Source of the DNA: the human T2T-CHM13v2.0 reference genome, Homo sapiens
DNA: 64,000 nt
Direction: 5' to 3' (one strand)
Assembly: GCF_009914755.1 (NCBI RefSeq)
Contig: NC_060933.1
Shown here in pieces: positions 48,943 through 64,000 of this stretch. The notes under the pieces are model-generated. The model had not been told where the DNA came from, ran no database searches, and saw only the letters and a list, made by a program, of their open reading frames with translations. The position numbers were made by a program, and so were the translations under genes. Positions within the stretch are counted from its first letter, which is position 1. Each line of letters begins with the position of its first letter.

Positions 48943-49200
48943 CAGAGTGGCGGGCAGCAATGGAGCCTCGAGCTCACAGCTCTGGAGTCTGCCAGATCGG
49001 GGTCCGGTCCCAGCTCCACTCTGACTGCAGGACATCTGTGATGTCCCCTTTCTAATCCTTGGGTCCTTGTCTGCAGAATGGTGATAATACCAGCCTCCTC
49101 AAGGGGTGCAGATAGAGAGCATGCTGTTCAGTACTGGGTAGCTGTTATTATTACTTTTATTGTTATTGGGAGGGAAGGAGGAGGAGGTGGCTGCTTTTGA

Positions 49201-49761
<561 letters not shown>

Positions 49762-50353
49762 TAGAGAGCCCTCCAGGCCCCCTGGGCTGGGGGACCGGCT
49801 TTCTCCTTCTGCCTGGCCATTTGACTGTTGCGCAGTGCAGCTCCTTGTGATGCATTAGCTTGTCTGTTTCCTCTTTGGGCCGAGTCCTCTGAGCAGGGCC
49901 CTCTGTCTACTCTTTACCCTCTGGCCAAAGCAGAGGGTTTCTGTCCTCCAGACCTGGCCTGCAGATCCGCCATGGGGGTGAAATTGGGACATGGGTGTGG
50001 CTGTGTTTACCTGCCCAGCACCCCACCCTCTCAGTCACCCTCAGGTCCCTTTTTGAAGTGGTCCCCTGTCCTTCAGGAGCACACCTGTCATCCCAGGCTG
50101 GCCAATCAGCACATGGTGAGCATGCAGTCATGTGACCCAAGGCAGGTCAGTGAGATGCAGGCCTGGGACCTGGGAGCAAAGAAAGGGGAAGGGAAGCTCT
50201 CTTTTTGCCAGGGAGCCTAGGCTGGTAGGATACAAGGTTGGAATTGCCAGGGTCAACTGTGTGGGCAGCCTGCGCAAGATGAAGCCAACACTAGACAGCA
50301 GAGCTGAGAAATTGACAGGGGATGGCGGGAGGGAGACATTGTTTGAACACCTG

Positions 50354-50781
50354 TGTATTAGTCCGTTCTCACATTGCTGTAAAGAAATACCTGAGACTGG
50401 GTAACTCATGAAGAAAAGAGGTTTAATTGGTGCACAGTTCTGTAGGCTGTACAGAAAGCATAGTGCTGGCATCTGCTTGGCTTCTGGAGAAACTTACAAT
50501 CATGGCGGAAGGTGAAGGGGAAGCAGCCATGTCACATGGCCAGAAAAGGAGCAAGAGAGAGAGAGAGAGAGAGAGAGGGGAGGTGCCACACACTTCTAAA
50601 CAACCACATCTCATGAGAACTCACTCAGTATCACAAGAACAGCACTAAGAGGACGGTGCTAAACCACTCATGAGAAACCCATCCCCACGATCCAGCCACC
50701 TCCCACCAGGCCCCACCGCCATCATTGGGGTTGACAATTCAACGGGAAATTTGGGTGGGGACACAGATCCACACTATATCA
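50354..50781 (-). mobile_element. MST-family (ERVL-MaLR) solo LTR inserted in an older MLT1-like LTR
   Basis: tgtattagtccgttctcac...aatcatggcggaagg...gggtggggacacagatcc...tatca, with TG..CA ends and 5-bp TSD acctg/acccg. Confidence 0.88.
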
Positions 50782-51564
50782 ACCCGGATCCAGCCTTGCC
50801 TGACACGGTCTATCCCTTTTGGCTTAGGACAATTTGAGTTGGCTTTCTGTCCTTGCGACTAGTTCTGATGAATGCAGAAAGCTTATTTCACCCATATGTC
50901 TGTCCTTCTGTCTACCTATCCATCCCATATTTACTGAACACCTGCTCCGTACCAGCCCCTGTTCTGGGGCCTGGCCCCAGCCCTCCGTTTGAAGGGACAG
51001 GTGACAAAGTGACGAGCCTTTTAGAGCATGGGACACTAGGAGCTGCTGCAGAGGTGAGCCCTGGTGGCTGTGGCTGTGAGAGTCTTTGTGTTGTGGGGAA
51101 GGGGAATCCAGGCAGGCTTTGTGGAGGAGGTGATCTCTGGGGTGGCCTTGGAGGCATAGGCAGGATTTTACTAGTTTGGGAGTCTGGGAGGGGATCTTTC
51201 AGAGCAGAAGGCATCAAAAAGACAGGTAGAAAAGACCAGGAACACTGGAACCCGGCTGCCTGGGGTGGAGGGGTTGGGATTTTATAAACGGTTGGGTCTA
51301 TATAATAGTCATACCTGCTCACTGCCACTACTGGTCATAAAGAACCAACATCTGTTGAGAAGCACCACGCTAGCACTTGATGTTTATTTTCTCATTAATT
51401 CTCTCCACCTCCCTTGAGGGGATTCATGGGTACTATCTTCATTTTGCAGGTGAGGAGGAGATGGAGACTCAGAGAGGTGGCGGCCTTCTCAAGGTTTTGC
51501 AAACACGCATGTGGCCCAGCAAGTCTCTCTGACTTTGACCCCAAGTTCTTTTTTGAAAAAAATT

Positions 51565-51939
<375 letters not shown>

Positions 51940-53204
51940 TGAGGTGGAGGCCACAGAAGCAGCCCTGGAGAGTTCTGGAGTTTCCATTGCTGGGGGCCAT
52001 AGAAAGAGGCTTGCCCTGTAGGCTCCCAGGATCAGCTTGGAGTCTGTCACGTTGATCGCTGTGGGACCCTCCCACCCCCTGCTCTCCTCCAGCCTGGCCC
52101 CTCCCACTTCCTGTCTTCCCCACAGCCGCCCCTGTGATGGAACATTTGAGGGTACATCTGCCCAGGCCTCTCTGTTGCTGAACGGCCTGGAATGGCTCCC
52201 TATTGCCCTTGGGTAAAGTTCAGACCCTTCCCCTTGGCCTGCAGGCTCTACCTTCTCCTGTCCGGCCTGCCTCTCAGCCTCTTCTCTGGAGCCCAGCCTC
52301 CTGCGGAACCATGGCCACCCTCCCCCTGAGTCCCTGGGAGCCACACCCCTTTCAGCATTTCTTTCTTACTCTCTAGGAGCCGGCTCAGGTGTCTCTCCCT
52401 CCAGGAAGTGGGGCTTGTGCCCTTTGGATACCTGCACTCCCCATCACCGCACTCCCCATCGTGGCACTTCCCTTGTTGCAGTTTTATGGAGTGTGCGTCT
52501 GGCTCTCCAACTAGACTTGAACCGCTTGAGTGCATAACTCGGGACTTGACCATTTGCGTCTCCCTACGGCCAGCTCAGCCTCCGCACACAGGGACCTGCA
52601 GAGAGTGGATGTAGCCACTGCCCCAGCGTCCCTGGGCTCTGAAGAGAAGCCATTGCCCTTCAAGAGCCACCCTCATTTCCTGGGCACTGGTTGGAAAAAA
52701 CGAAGAAAAAGAGACACCCAGCTCACCTCCAAGTTTGCCTGCAGGTGAATATCTTGTTGAAAGAGAGGGGACTCCCTGAGTCTTGCTGGGTTGAGGAAGC
52801 TGATTGGATTTCCGGACTCAGAGGAGGGCTGCAGAGAGGGAGGAATGGGGGGGATGGGCAGCTGGCTTTCTGGATGGGTGCAGGACAATGACATTGATGG
52901 GGAAGCTTGGGGTGGCTCTGCCGTTGCCCACTGCTTGGCTGGTGAACTTGCTACATCTTGGCCAGCACTATCCTCTTCTGGCCTGCACCCTGCCAGACAC
53001 AGGCAGTACCCCAAATACCCTGTCCCTGTGCCCCGAAGTCTCCATGACCTTCAGATCCCAAGGGACAAGTGGCTCCACGAGGCAGGGCCTGTCCCTCTGG
53101 CTCACACTATGGAGTCCACAGAACCTAGCCCGGAGCCTAGTGCACAGTAGGTGCTCAATGTATTCTATTTGAATGTTGCATGAGTGAATAAATGCAGGAA
53201 TGTC

Positions 53205-54100
53205 AGGCTGGAAAACAGGTATTTGTACACCTGTTTTCATAGCAGTGTTATTCACAGTAGTCAAAGGGTGGAAGCATCCCACGTGTCTGCTGATGGGTGA
53301 ACGAGTAAACAGAATGTGCCCCAGCCATACAATGGAATGCGATTCAGCCTTTTTTTTTTGAGACGGAGTCTGGCTCTGTCACCCAGGCTGGAGTGCAGTG
53401 GCACGACCTCAGCTTGCTGCAACCTCTGTCTCCCGGGTTCAAGTGATTCTCCTGCTTCAGCCTCCTGAGTAGCTGGGATTACAGGCATGTACCACCACAC
53501 CTGGCTAATTTTTATATTTTTAGCAGAGACAGGGTTTCACCATGTTGGCCAGGGGCTGGTGTCGAACTCCTGACCTCAAGTGATCCTCCCTCTTCGGCCT
53601 CTCAAAGTGCTGGGATTACAGGCGTGAGCCACGGCGCCCGGCCACGATTCACCCTTAAAAAAGGAAGGACATTCTGACACATGCTACGACTTGGGTGAAC
53701 CTTGAGTACCTGAGTGAAATAAGCCCATCAAAAAAGGACAAATATTAGCCAGGTGCTGTGGCTAATGCCTGTAATCTCAGCACTTTGGGAGGCCAAGGAG
53801 GGAGGATTGCTTGAGGATTGCTCAATACCAGCCTGGGCCACAAAGCAAGACCACCCATGTGAGGTGTTTAGAGTAGTCAAATTCATAGAGACAGTAGGAT
53901 GGGGAGTGCCAGGAGCTGGGGAGAAGGGGGAATGGGGAGTTAGAGTTTAATGGGGACAGATTTTCAGTTTTACAAGATGAAAAATGTTCTGGAGATGATG
54001 GTGGTGATAGAGGCACAATGTGGATATGCTTCATGCCACTGAACTGGACCTAACCATTTATGTTTTGTGTATTTTATCACAATAAAAAATGAAAAAAAAG
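53205..54100 (+). mobile_element. L1MB-like 3' end with an inserted reverse Alu (53350-53644) and an Alu monomer (~53747-53850)
   Basis: ttcatagcagtgttattcacagtagtcaaagg...catacaatggaat...ttctgacacatgctac...gtcaaattcatagagacag...aataaa (54081) plus A tail. Confidence 0.85.
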
Positions 54101-54129
54101 CATCTTTTCCTAAACTTTTTATTATTTGA

Positions 54130-54722
<593 letters not shown>

Positions 54723-54734
54723 TATTATGTGAGC

Positions 54735-55690
54735 TATTTAGCTTTAACATCTCATTATGGAAAATTTCAAGCACTGACCAAAAATAGAGAGAATAATATA
54801 ATGAACCCCATGTGGCATCACCCACTGCACCAACGATCCTTCCCCATCAGTCTGATTTCATTCTGTCCCCACCTTCTCCCTCTCCCTGTTTGCTTTGAAG
54901 CAAATCCCAGACATATTGTTTCATCTGGAAATACTTCAGTGTGTAGCTTTAAAAAATAAGAGCTTTTCAAACTTAATACATCGCTACAATACCTAAAGAA
55001 CCAAATCAATATCATCACATTTCTCAAAAGTGTAAACATATTCGTACATCATTATAGATATAAAACACCTGTACAGTGTCATCGAATTGCCAATGCTCTG
55101 ACTTCTCATTTATATTTAATATATAAACACATATTTATTTATTTATAGAGTACATTTAATATATAATTATATTTATGTGTTTATTGGGTGATTGCATATT
55201 ATGTCACATATATAAAACACCCAGTCATATGTAATTATCTGCATTTGAGCCAGGTCTAAATCAGGTCCACACACTGCAATGGATTGAGAAGTCATTTACA
55301 TCTCCTCTTAGACAGACTTCCTGCTCCATGTTTCTGCCTTGTATTTGTCCTGGAGAGCTCGCTCAGTCTGGATCCTGCTGGATTTGTCCCCGGGGTGGTG
55401 TGTGACTGCATCTGTGCTCCCTGTATGTCCTGTAGATTGGCATTTGGTGGAGAGGCTTGATCAGATTCAGGTATGCTGTGTTTGGTAAGATGACGTCGCA
55501 GGTAGTAGGGCGCCCTCCCACCGGGGAGGGGGGGCTGTCCTCCGGTTTGTCCTTTCTGGGGAGGCTGCAGGATATTGAAGATCATCTCCTGGACCTGTGA
55601 GTTCTTGAGGGGCTGCAAAATGGAGAGAATCCGTGCTACTGTTCCCTCTTCGACTATTAGCTGGAATATTCCTAGAGAGAAACTCCCCAT
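54735..55690 (-). mobile_element. Old L1 (L1MC/L1ME-like) fragments with an AT-rich tract
   Basis: gcaaatcccagacat...aatacttcagtgtgt and ggtccacacactgca...gaggcttgatcagattcagg patterns. Confidence 0.5.
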
Positions 55691-55693
55691 CTT

Positions 55694-55985
55694 TTATTTC
55701 ATTATTTCATTATTTATTTATTTATTTTGAGACAGAGTCTTGCTCTGTCACCCAGGCTGGAGTGCAGTGACGTGATCACGGCTCACTGCACCCTCCCCTC
55801 CTGGGTTCAAGTGATTCTTATGCCTCAGCCACTGTGTGCCCGGCTAATTTTTTTTTTTTTTTTTTTTTTGTAGAGATGGGGTTTCACCATGCTGGCCAGG
55901 GTGGTCTCGAACTCCTGGCCTCAGGTGATCCACCCACCTTGGCTTCCCAAAGTGCTGGGATTACAGGCATGAGCAACACCTGGCC
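55694..55985 (-). mobile_element. Alu with internal deletion
   Basis: Reverse Alu lacking the cccgagtagctgggattacagg segment near 55830. Confidence 0.9.
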
Positions 55986-56159
55986 CCTGCCTCCTTTTCT
56001 TAACCAAGGAGGAAGCTGAGGTTCCTAGGCAACCTGTGACTTGAGTTCTGGGTCTCAAAGTGAAGGATTAGAAGGGCCCTGCTGGGCTAGGGCTAGACCC
56101 ACACTGTTTTCACCACTGGTCTCTGCTGCCGTCCAGGAGATGAAAGGGCAGATGTCTTA

Positions 56160-56776
<617 letters not shown>

Positions 56777-57174
56777 TTAGGTGGGTTCCTTAAGCCTGCC
56801 TGGTGTCTGGTTGTGGACACTGAACTCCACCCTCTGCTAATCTTCAAAATCAAGTCTTGCACCAGATGCTAACATTTCATTTATTAAACTGATCATTTTT
56901 TCATTTAAAGTTTCTTTTTAAAGACAAGTTAACAGGTCATGGAGGTGTAACTGGCTTGCGATAAATGGCAGATTGAAGTGTACACTTTAATAATGAACTG
57001 ATAATTTATTGAGCACCTATTATGTATCAGGTATTTGCCCGGCAGCCTGTGGGGGCTGAGCAGCTTGGATGTCAGACAATCTGGGTCAGAATCCCAGGCA
57101 GAATCACACAAAGCAGCTATGTGACCTTGAGCCAGTGGTGTGAGGCCCTGGATTCTCACCTGTGCAACCTCTTG

Positions 57175-57630
57175 GGGTAGATCGGATATTATTCCCAATT
57201 TTCATTCCCTCCTGGAATAGAATTATACACCCATGCGCTTTGCCGTGTGACTTTGCAGTAGCTCCCACTGGAGTAGGCAGAGCATATTTCTCTACCCCGC
57301 TGAAGTGTGGGTTTGGCCATGTGACTTGGGATATTAGTGGATGTGCCAAAGGCATAGGCTTGAAATATGGCTGGGTTTTTGGCTTGGTGGTTTGAGCTTC
57401 TCCCATGTGCTACAAGACTAACGTGTCCCAGGTAGCTGATGGTTCCAGAAGAGGGACTCATGGAGCTGACCCGAATCTGATCCGTGGCCTGCAGCGAAAT
57501 CGAGCTGACCCACAGAATGACCCACCCCCGCTGACCCACAGGCCTATGAGAGATGGAAATAAACATGGCAAGCTACTGGCTTGGTGGGGTTGTTTGTTAC
57601 ACAGTCTTATCATGGCAGAAACCTGACCAT
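57175..57630 (+). mobile_element. MLT1G/H-like LTR
   Basis: gtgactttgcagtagctcccact...ttggccatgtgacttg...gctgacccacag...aataaa...gttgtttgttacacag. Confidence 0.6.
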
Positions 57631-57781
57631 TCCACATGTATAATAATAGCACTCACTACCCAGGATTGTTTGAGGATTAAATGAGATCATATATTTAAAG
57701 TTACAAATTTAATGTATTAAAATACCCGTGTTAGAGTGGGGCATGGAATAACTCTATACAATATGAGATATTATTAAACAC

Positions 57782-58084
<303 letters not shown>

Positions 58085-58443
58085 TAAGTGTAAGAGTAGA
58101 GTAAATGTTTCTCAATGTATAACACGACACGTTGACACATTCATTTAACTCATTAAGATTATTTTTTCTCTTCTAAGCCTTGAAGCACAGGCTAACTGTG
58201 TTACCTATAGAAACATTGCCTATAGCTCACAGCCTGGGACATGACTCAGAGAACTGAAAGCTCTCAGCATGGAGACCCTAATGTCCCTCTCCTTCACCCC
58301 CATCCCATGCATGAAGCCTGCCATCCTGTCCATCTCTGGGGGTTCCTCAACCTTTGCTTGAATCCTTCCAGTGATGGAGATCTCCCTACTTCCCATGCCA
58401 ATTTCAGAATCTCCCTCATGGTGAGACAGGCTCTCTCTCTCTC

Positions 58444-58741
<298 letters not shown>

Positions 58742-58952
58742 GGCTCTGTCTCTTTGACTCTCTTGAGTTGGATGTTGGATGACTCTCTTGGGCAGGGCTG
58801 GGGATGATTAACACCAGGTGTACATGCTCTGGGTCAGATCTGGATTAAATACTGGAATCCACACTTACAACTGTGTGACCTTGGGCAAGTGTATTCACTT
58901 CTCTGAGACTCCGTGTAAAGTGGCGTTAGGGGAGACAGAAAATCCACCTCCC

Positions 58953-59261
58953 GGCTGGGCGCGGTGGCTCACACCTGTAATCCCAGCACTTTGGGAGGCT
59001 GAGACGGGCGGATCACTTGAGCCCAGGTGTTTGAGACCACCCTGGGTGGTGAAATCTCCCACCTCTACGAAAAAAAAAAAATCAGCTGGGCATGGTGGTG
59101 TGCACCTGTAGTCCCAGCTACTCAGGAGGCTGAAGTGGGAGGATCACCTGAGCCCAGGGAGGTCGAGGCTGCAGTGAGCTGAGATTGCACTATTGCACGC
59201 CAGCCTGGGCAGCAGCGAGACCCTGTCTCAAACCCACCCCCACAAAACAAATAAAACAAAA
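58953..59261 (+). mobile_element. Alu (AluJ-like)
   Basis: Forward Alu. TSD aaaatccacctccc. Confidence 0.93.
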
Positions 59262-59434
59262 ATCCACCTCCCAGGATGTTGTGTGGATCAAACAAGAGGG
59301 GCCCAGTAGGTTCTCAGCAAAGGAGGGCATATCGAGGTGTGTCTTCCGGCTAAGATTCCCCAGGTTACAGAAGTCCCCACGTTCCCTCGTTCTTCTCCTG
59401 TCCTCCTCTTCTACTTCATGGTTCCCTTCTCTAG

Positions 59435-59783
<349 letters not shown>

Positions 59784-60270
59784 TGAAACCTGGCACGTAG
59801 AGACTGTCAGTTGGCTAAGGTGCCCCGGGGCGCACTGGTGCCCGCTGAGGTTGTGATTCACACACTCATGGTGTGCCTGGCCCTGGCCTGGACCCTGCGG
59901 ATGCTGGGCAGACCCTCTGCCCTCAGGGAGCCCACATTCTGGCGGTGAGGGGGAAGGTGGGCATCAAACCAACAGATACGACGGGACTGAGGGTGTGCCA
60001 TGGAGAAAACAGAGCTGGACAGGGCATAGGAAGCGAGGTGGTGGCAGAAGCCTGCGGAATTCATCTTGGGGTTCCACTAGGAGAGATGCCATCTCCGGAA
60101 CAAGGAAGGGGTGCATCCGCTCCTCTCCCAGGTTGGGTCAAACTGGCATGTGCTGTGCTGGGCTGAGCATCAGTGGCCTCTTGGGAATGGCAAAAGCAAA
60201 GGGGTGTATGTCCAGAGAGGGGAGACCTGGTGGGCAGGGGACTGGAGCCATGTCACCTCGGGCATCATAA

Positions 60271-60732
<462 letters not shown>

Positions 60733-60847
60733 TGAGTTCACACTGTGAGTAGTGGAAGAGGCGGGATTTGAACCAGACCTGCTGGACTCTGGAGTGTGTG
60801 CTCATGATCTGTCTGTGAAACTGGAACTCAGCCCCTCAGGCCTGGGT

Positions 60848-61040
60848 AGTTGTGCGCTGGTAAGTGTACAACAACCAGCTCGCTTAAGAGAACAAAAGCC
60901 TGTTTTGTAGCACGTGCTGATTTTTATGGTGTCAAGACTCCTGCCGGGGTTGATTTCAAGCCAGTAAAGGCAATGTGGTGTGGACGGGAGTGACCAGCCC
61001 TGGAGTTTGACTGGTTGGAGGGTGGGTCGGACAGGCAGCT
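60848..61040. mobile_element. MER63-like hAT MITE (opposite orientation to the copy at 4825)
   Basis: gtgcgctggtaagtgtacaacaaccagctc...tttgtagcacgtgctgattt...ggtgt...gatttcaagcca. Confidence 0.55.
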
Positions 61041-61739
61041 ACAAATGTGGAAGGCCCAGGGATGCTTGGGAAGCCCTTGGAATCTGGGCCTGTGACTGTG
61101 GTTCTTTGCAAATGTTAACTGAATTTCTCCAAGGAGGCCATGGTGTCTTCCAGGCCCCGGGGGGCCTCTGCCCCATGCTGCCGCGTTGCAGCACAGGCCT
61201 CCATTGCAGTGGGCAGGCAAAAGAGGCTCTGGGGCGGCCTCTGTTCTGCAAGGTCAGGAAAGGGCAGGTGGGCTCAGGAGGCCGGGTGCTGTCAGGGAAC
61301 GGCTTGGTACTAGACTCACTCACACACGCCTGGGTGTGAGTCCTTGGTCTGCCACCCACAAGCCTGTAAAATCTTGGGTGCAACATCCGCCTTCTCCAGG
61401 CCTCGGTTTCTCCCTGAGTCAAAGGCAGAGGTAGGACCCATGACCTCCTGGGTCCTCGCGGCTTAGGCCTTCCTCCATCAAAGCCTCCGCGCGTGCACAT
61501 GGGCTCCCAGCCGGCTGTGAGCCCTGCCTGCACACGCTTCCCTGCCTCTCCTCCCGCCGCATTGCTATTTAAAGTGGCGGTGGTTTGGCTCACTCTTTTT
61601 TTAAAAACCATTCCCGTACTCGAGCCGAGTTCCACAAGGCCAGCTGTCACCACTAAAAATGTCTGTCGTGTGACAGCCACCAGCAAAGAGATGGGAGGAG
61701 GCAGGAGGCCCCGGATGGGACCACAGAGTGGCTGGAATT

Positions 61740-61742
<3 letters not shown>

Positions 61743-61792
<50 letters not shown>
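61743..61792. repeat. Perfect (AC)25 microsatellite
   Basis: Read directly from the sequence. Confidence 0.97.
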
Positions 61793-61794
<2 letters not shown>

Positions 61795-62189
61795 AACAAT
61801 ACTGTGAGGAAGAAACAAAAGATGGGGGTTGCCTTTCCTCTTCCTCCACCCCTCCTTTGTGAGATGCTCGTTGGCCCTGCTGGGGGACTGATGGCAGGGG
61901 ATGCCATGCCACTGCGGTGACGGGGTGGCACAGGGTCTGGCAGACAGGCAAATCTTTGCTGCCCTTGACTCCCCTGTGCCGTCCCCGTGCTGGGCACTAC
62001 ACCCCTGTGGGTCCTCCGAGCAGCCCCCACCTGTGCCTCCTGCTTTCAGCCTCCCCTGCCATCCTCATTCCACCCACACCAGGAAAACTGAGGAGGTGAC
62101 CTGTGCACAGTTGCAGAAAAATGATGCTGTCACAGCAAAAGACTGATGCGGGCTCCCCCAGGAAGGGAAGGAAAAGAACATTTGGTTAG

Positions 62190-62507
<318 letters not shown>

Positions 62508-63746
62508 TGAGTCACTTTAGAAGTGATTAAATGTTTGCAATAAACTTGAAAAGGAGCCTCCATTACCCCCATTTCACAGACAGAGAAACTGAGGCTCGTG
62601 GTGGAGGAACTGGCCTGGAGCAGTACCCTGCGGGGATAGGCACAGACAGGCTGAGTGTGGCTCTTGGCTTTGGACACAGTCACTGTGGGGGCTTGAGCAG
62701 GTGATTCTCCAGCCTTAACCTCCTCGGCTGTGAAATGGGGCAATAACGCAGCCGCTCCTGAAAGACGTGATGATGAAATAAGACCAGGCATATAAAGGAG
62801 CGGGGAAGGACAGTGGGGCATAGAATGTGCTGGAAGGTCAGGAGCTGGAACAGGACTCAGTGCTCTCAGATTCCAGAGGCCAAATTCTTTCCACCGCATG
62901 TTTGTGGCCTCTGGGGGCTGCTGGAAGCAGGGCCTGGGGGAGCCCTGGAGATGGCGGCGGAGAGAGGCTTTTACTCTCTGATCCCCCTCAACCAAGATGT
63001 GGCCACGGTGGACCTTTGGGGGCCTGGCCACTGGTCTGCGCCTGTGACTTCCCTCATGGAGGCTCTTGACCCCAGTTTGGGATGTCTTACTTTAGGGGGA
63101 GGAGGGGGATAGGCAACAGGAGACCCATGTGGACAGAGACTCTTTGAAAAGAAAAAGGAAAAAAATTTCCAGGTAGGAATTTTGTGTCTCTAGAATCATT
63201 TCCTTCCTCTTTTCTTGGGGCTCTTCTGGCCTCACTTCTTTCTCCTGCTGGGGTAAGTCATTCACACTTTAGTAAGAATTATACTAGCCACCCTGTGCAG
63301 AGCATAGCCTCTCTTCTATGCCAGTAGCTCGTCTCTGAGTGTTTTTCTCTTAAAAAGCTTTGTCCCTCTGGAAGGAGTGTGTCCATCTGTTCAAAGCTCT
63401 TTAAACATTTATTTCTTTATTCATTCAACAGACATTGATTGAGTGTCTGTGGCCCGATCCTGGGTGCAACATCAACCAACTCCGGATGGTGCCTGTAGGT
63501 GCACAGAGTTGGGCTGATGGGAGTGGCTCTGTGATGATTCTTACGCCCCTGCAGGGATCTGTTAAGCACCTCTGGCCTGGACTCCCTGATTCAGATGTGT
63601 CCGCAGCGGGGAGCCAGGCATGACCCTTCGCTCACTGGAGTCCTATTCCAATGGAAGGGACACGCGGCACTCAGTCAAATACGTGCTCAGCACGACGGCA
63701 GTTAGGGATAAGATTATGGAGCAAAATAAAGCCGGGTTGCGGGGGG

Positions 63747-64000
63747 GCAGGCGTGGTGGCTCATGCCTGTAATCCCAGCACTTTGGGAGGCTGAGGTGGG
63801 CGGATCACTTGAGGACAGGAGTTCGAGATCAGCCTGACAACATGGCGAAACCCCATCTCTACCAAAAAATACAAAAATTAGCTGGGCGTGGTGCCACACG
63901 CCTGTAATCCCAGCTACTCGGGAGGCTGAGGTGGGAGAATCGCTTGAACCCTGGGAAATGCAGGTTGCAGTGAGCCAAGATTGTGCCACTGCACTCTAGC
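63747..64000 (+). mobile_element. Alu (AluS-like), truncated by window end
   Basis: Forward Alu. Confidence 0.95.

Overview
Primate (human-type) genomic DNA with one protein-coding gene: the intronless immediate-early gene IER5L on the minus strand (CDS 20320-21534, 404 aa; inferred mRNA about 21740 to 19025). From memory this is human 9q34.11, next to PTPA, which is not visible in the window. The gene sits in a CpG-rich block of about 5 kb (17.5-22.3 kb), inside a nearly Alu-free zone of about 14.6 kb. The rest is dense in repeats: about 55 Alu elements or monomers counted by eye, L2/MIR, L1M fragments, MaLR LTRs, hAT DNA transposons and microsatellites. There are no prokaryote-type systems, CRISPR arrays or recognisable structural RNA genes. 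The most interesting signals are regulatory. (1) The IER5L leader has a 12-codon uORF whose single TGA-C stop is all that separates it from a 479-codon overlapping open frame, plus a perfect 9-bp GC hairpin just before the main AUG. (2) The same CATG palindrome forms a textbook GCCGCCACCATG start on the antisense strand. (3) A consensus ZNF143/THAP11-type motif lies inside the IER5L 3'UTR, and an inverted pair of the same motif lies in an orphan CpG island at 46.3-46.9 kb. (4) A CArG box identical to the FOS SRE core lies about 0.9 kb upstream. Repeat family names and boundaries are by eye and approximate.
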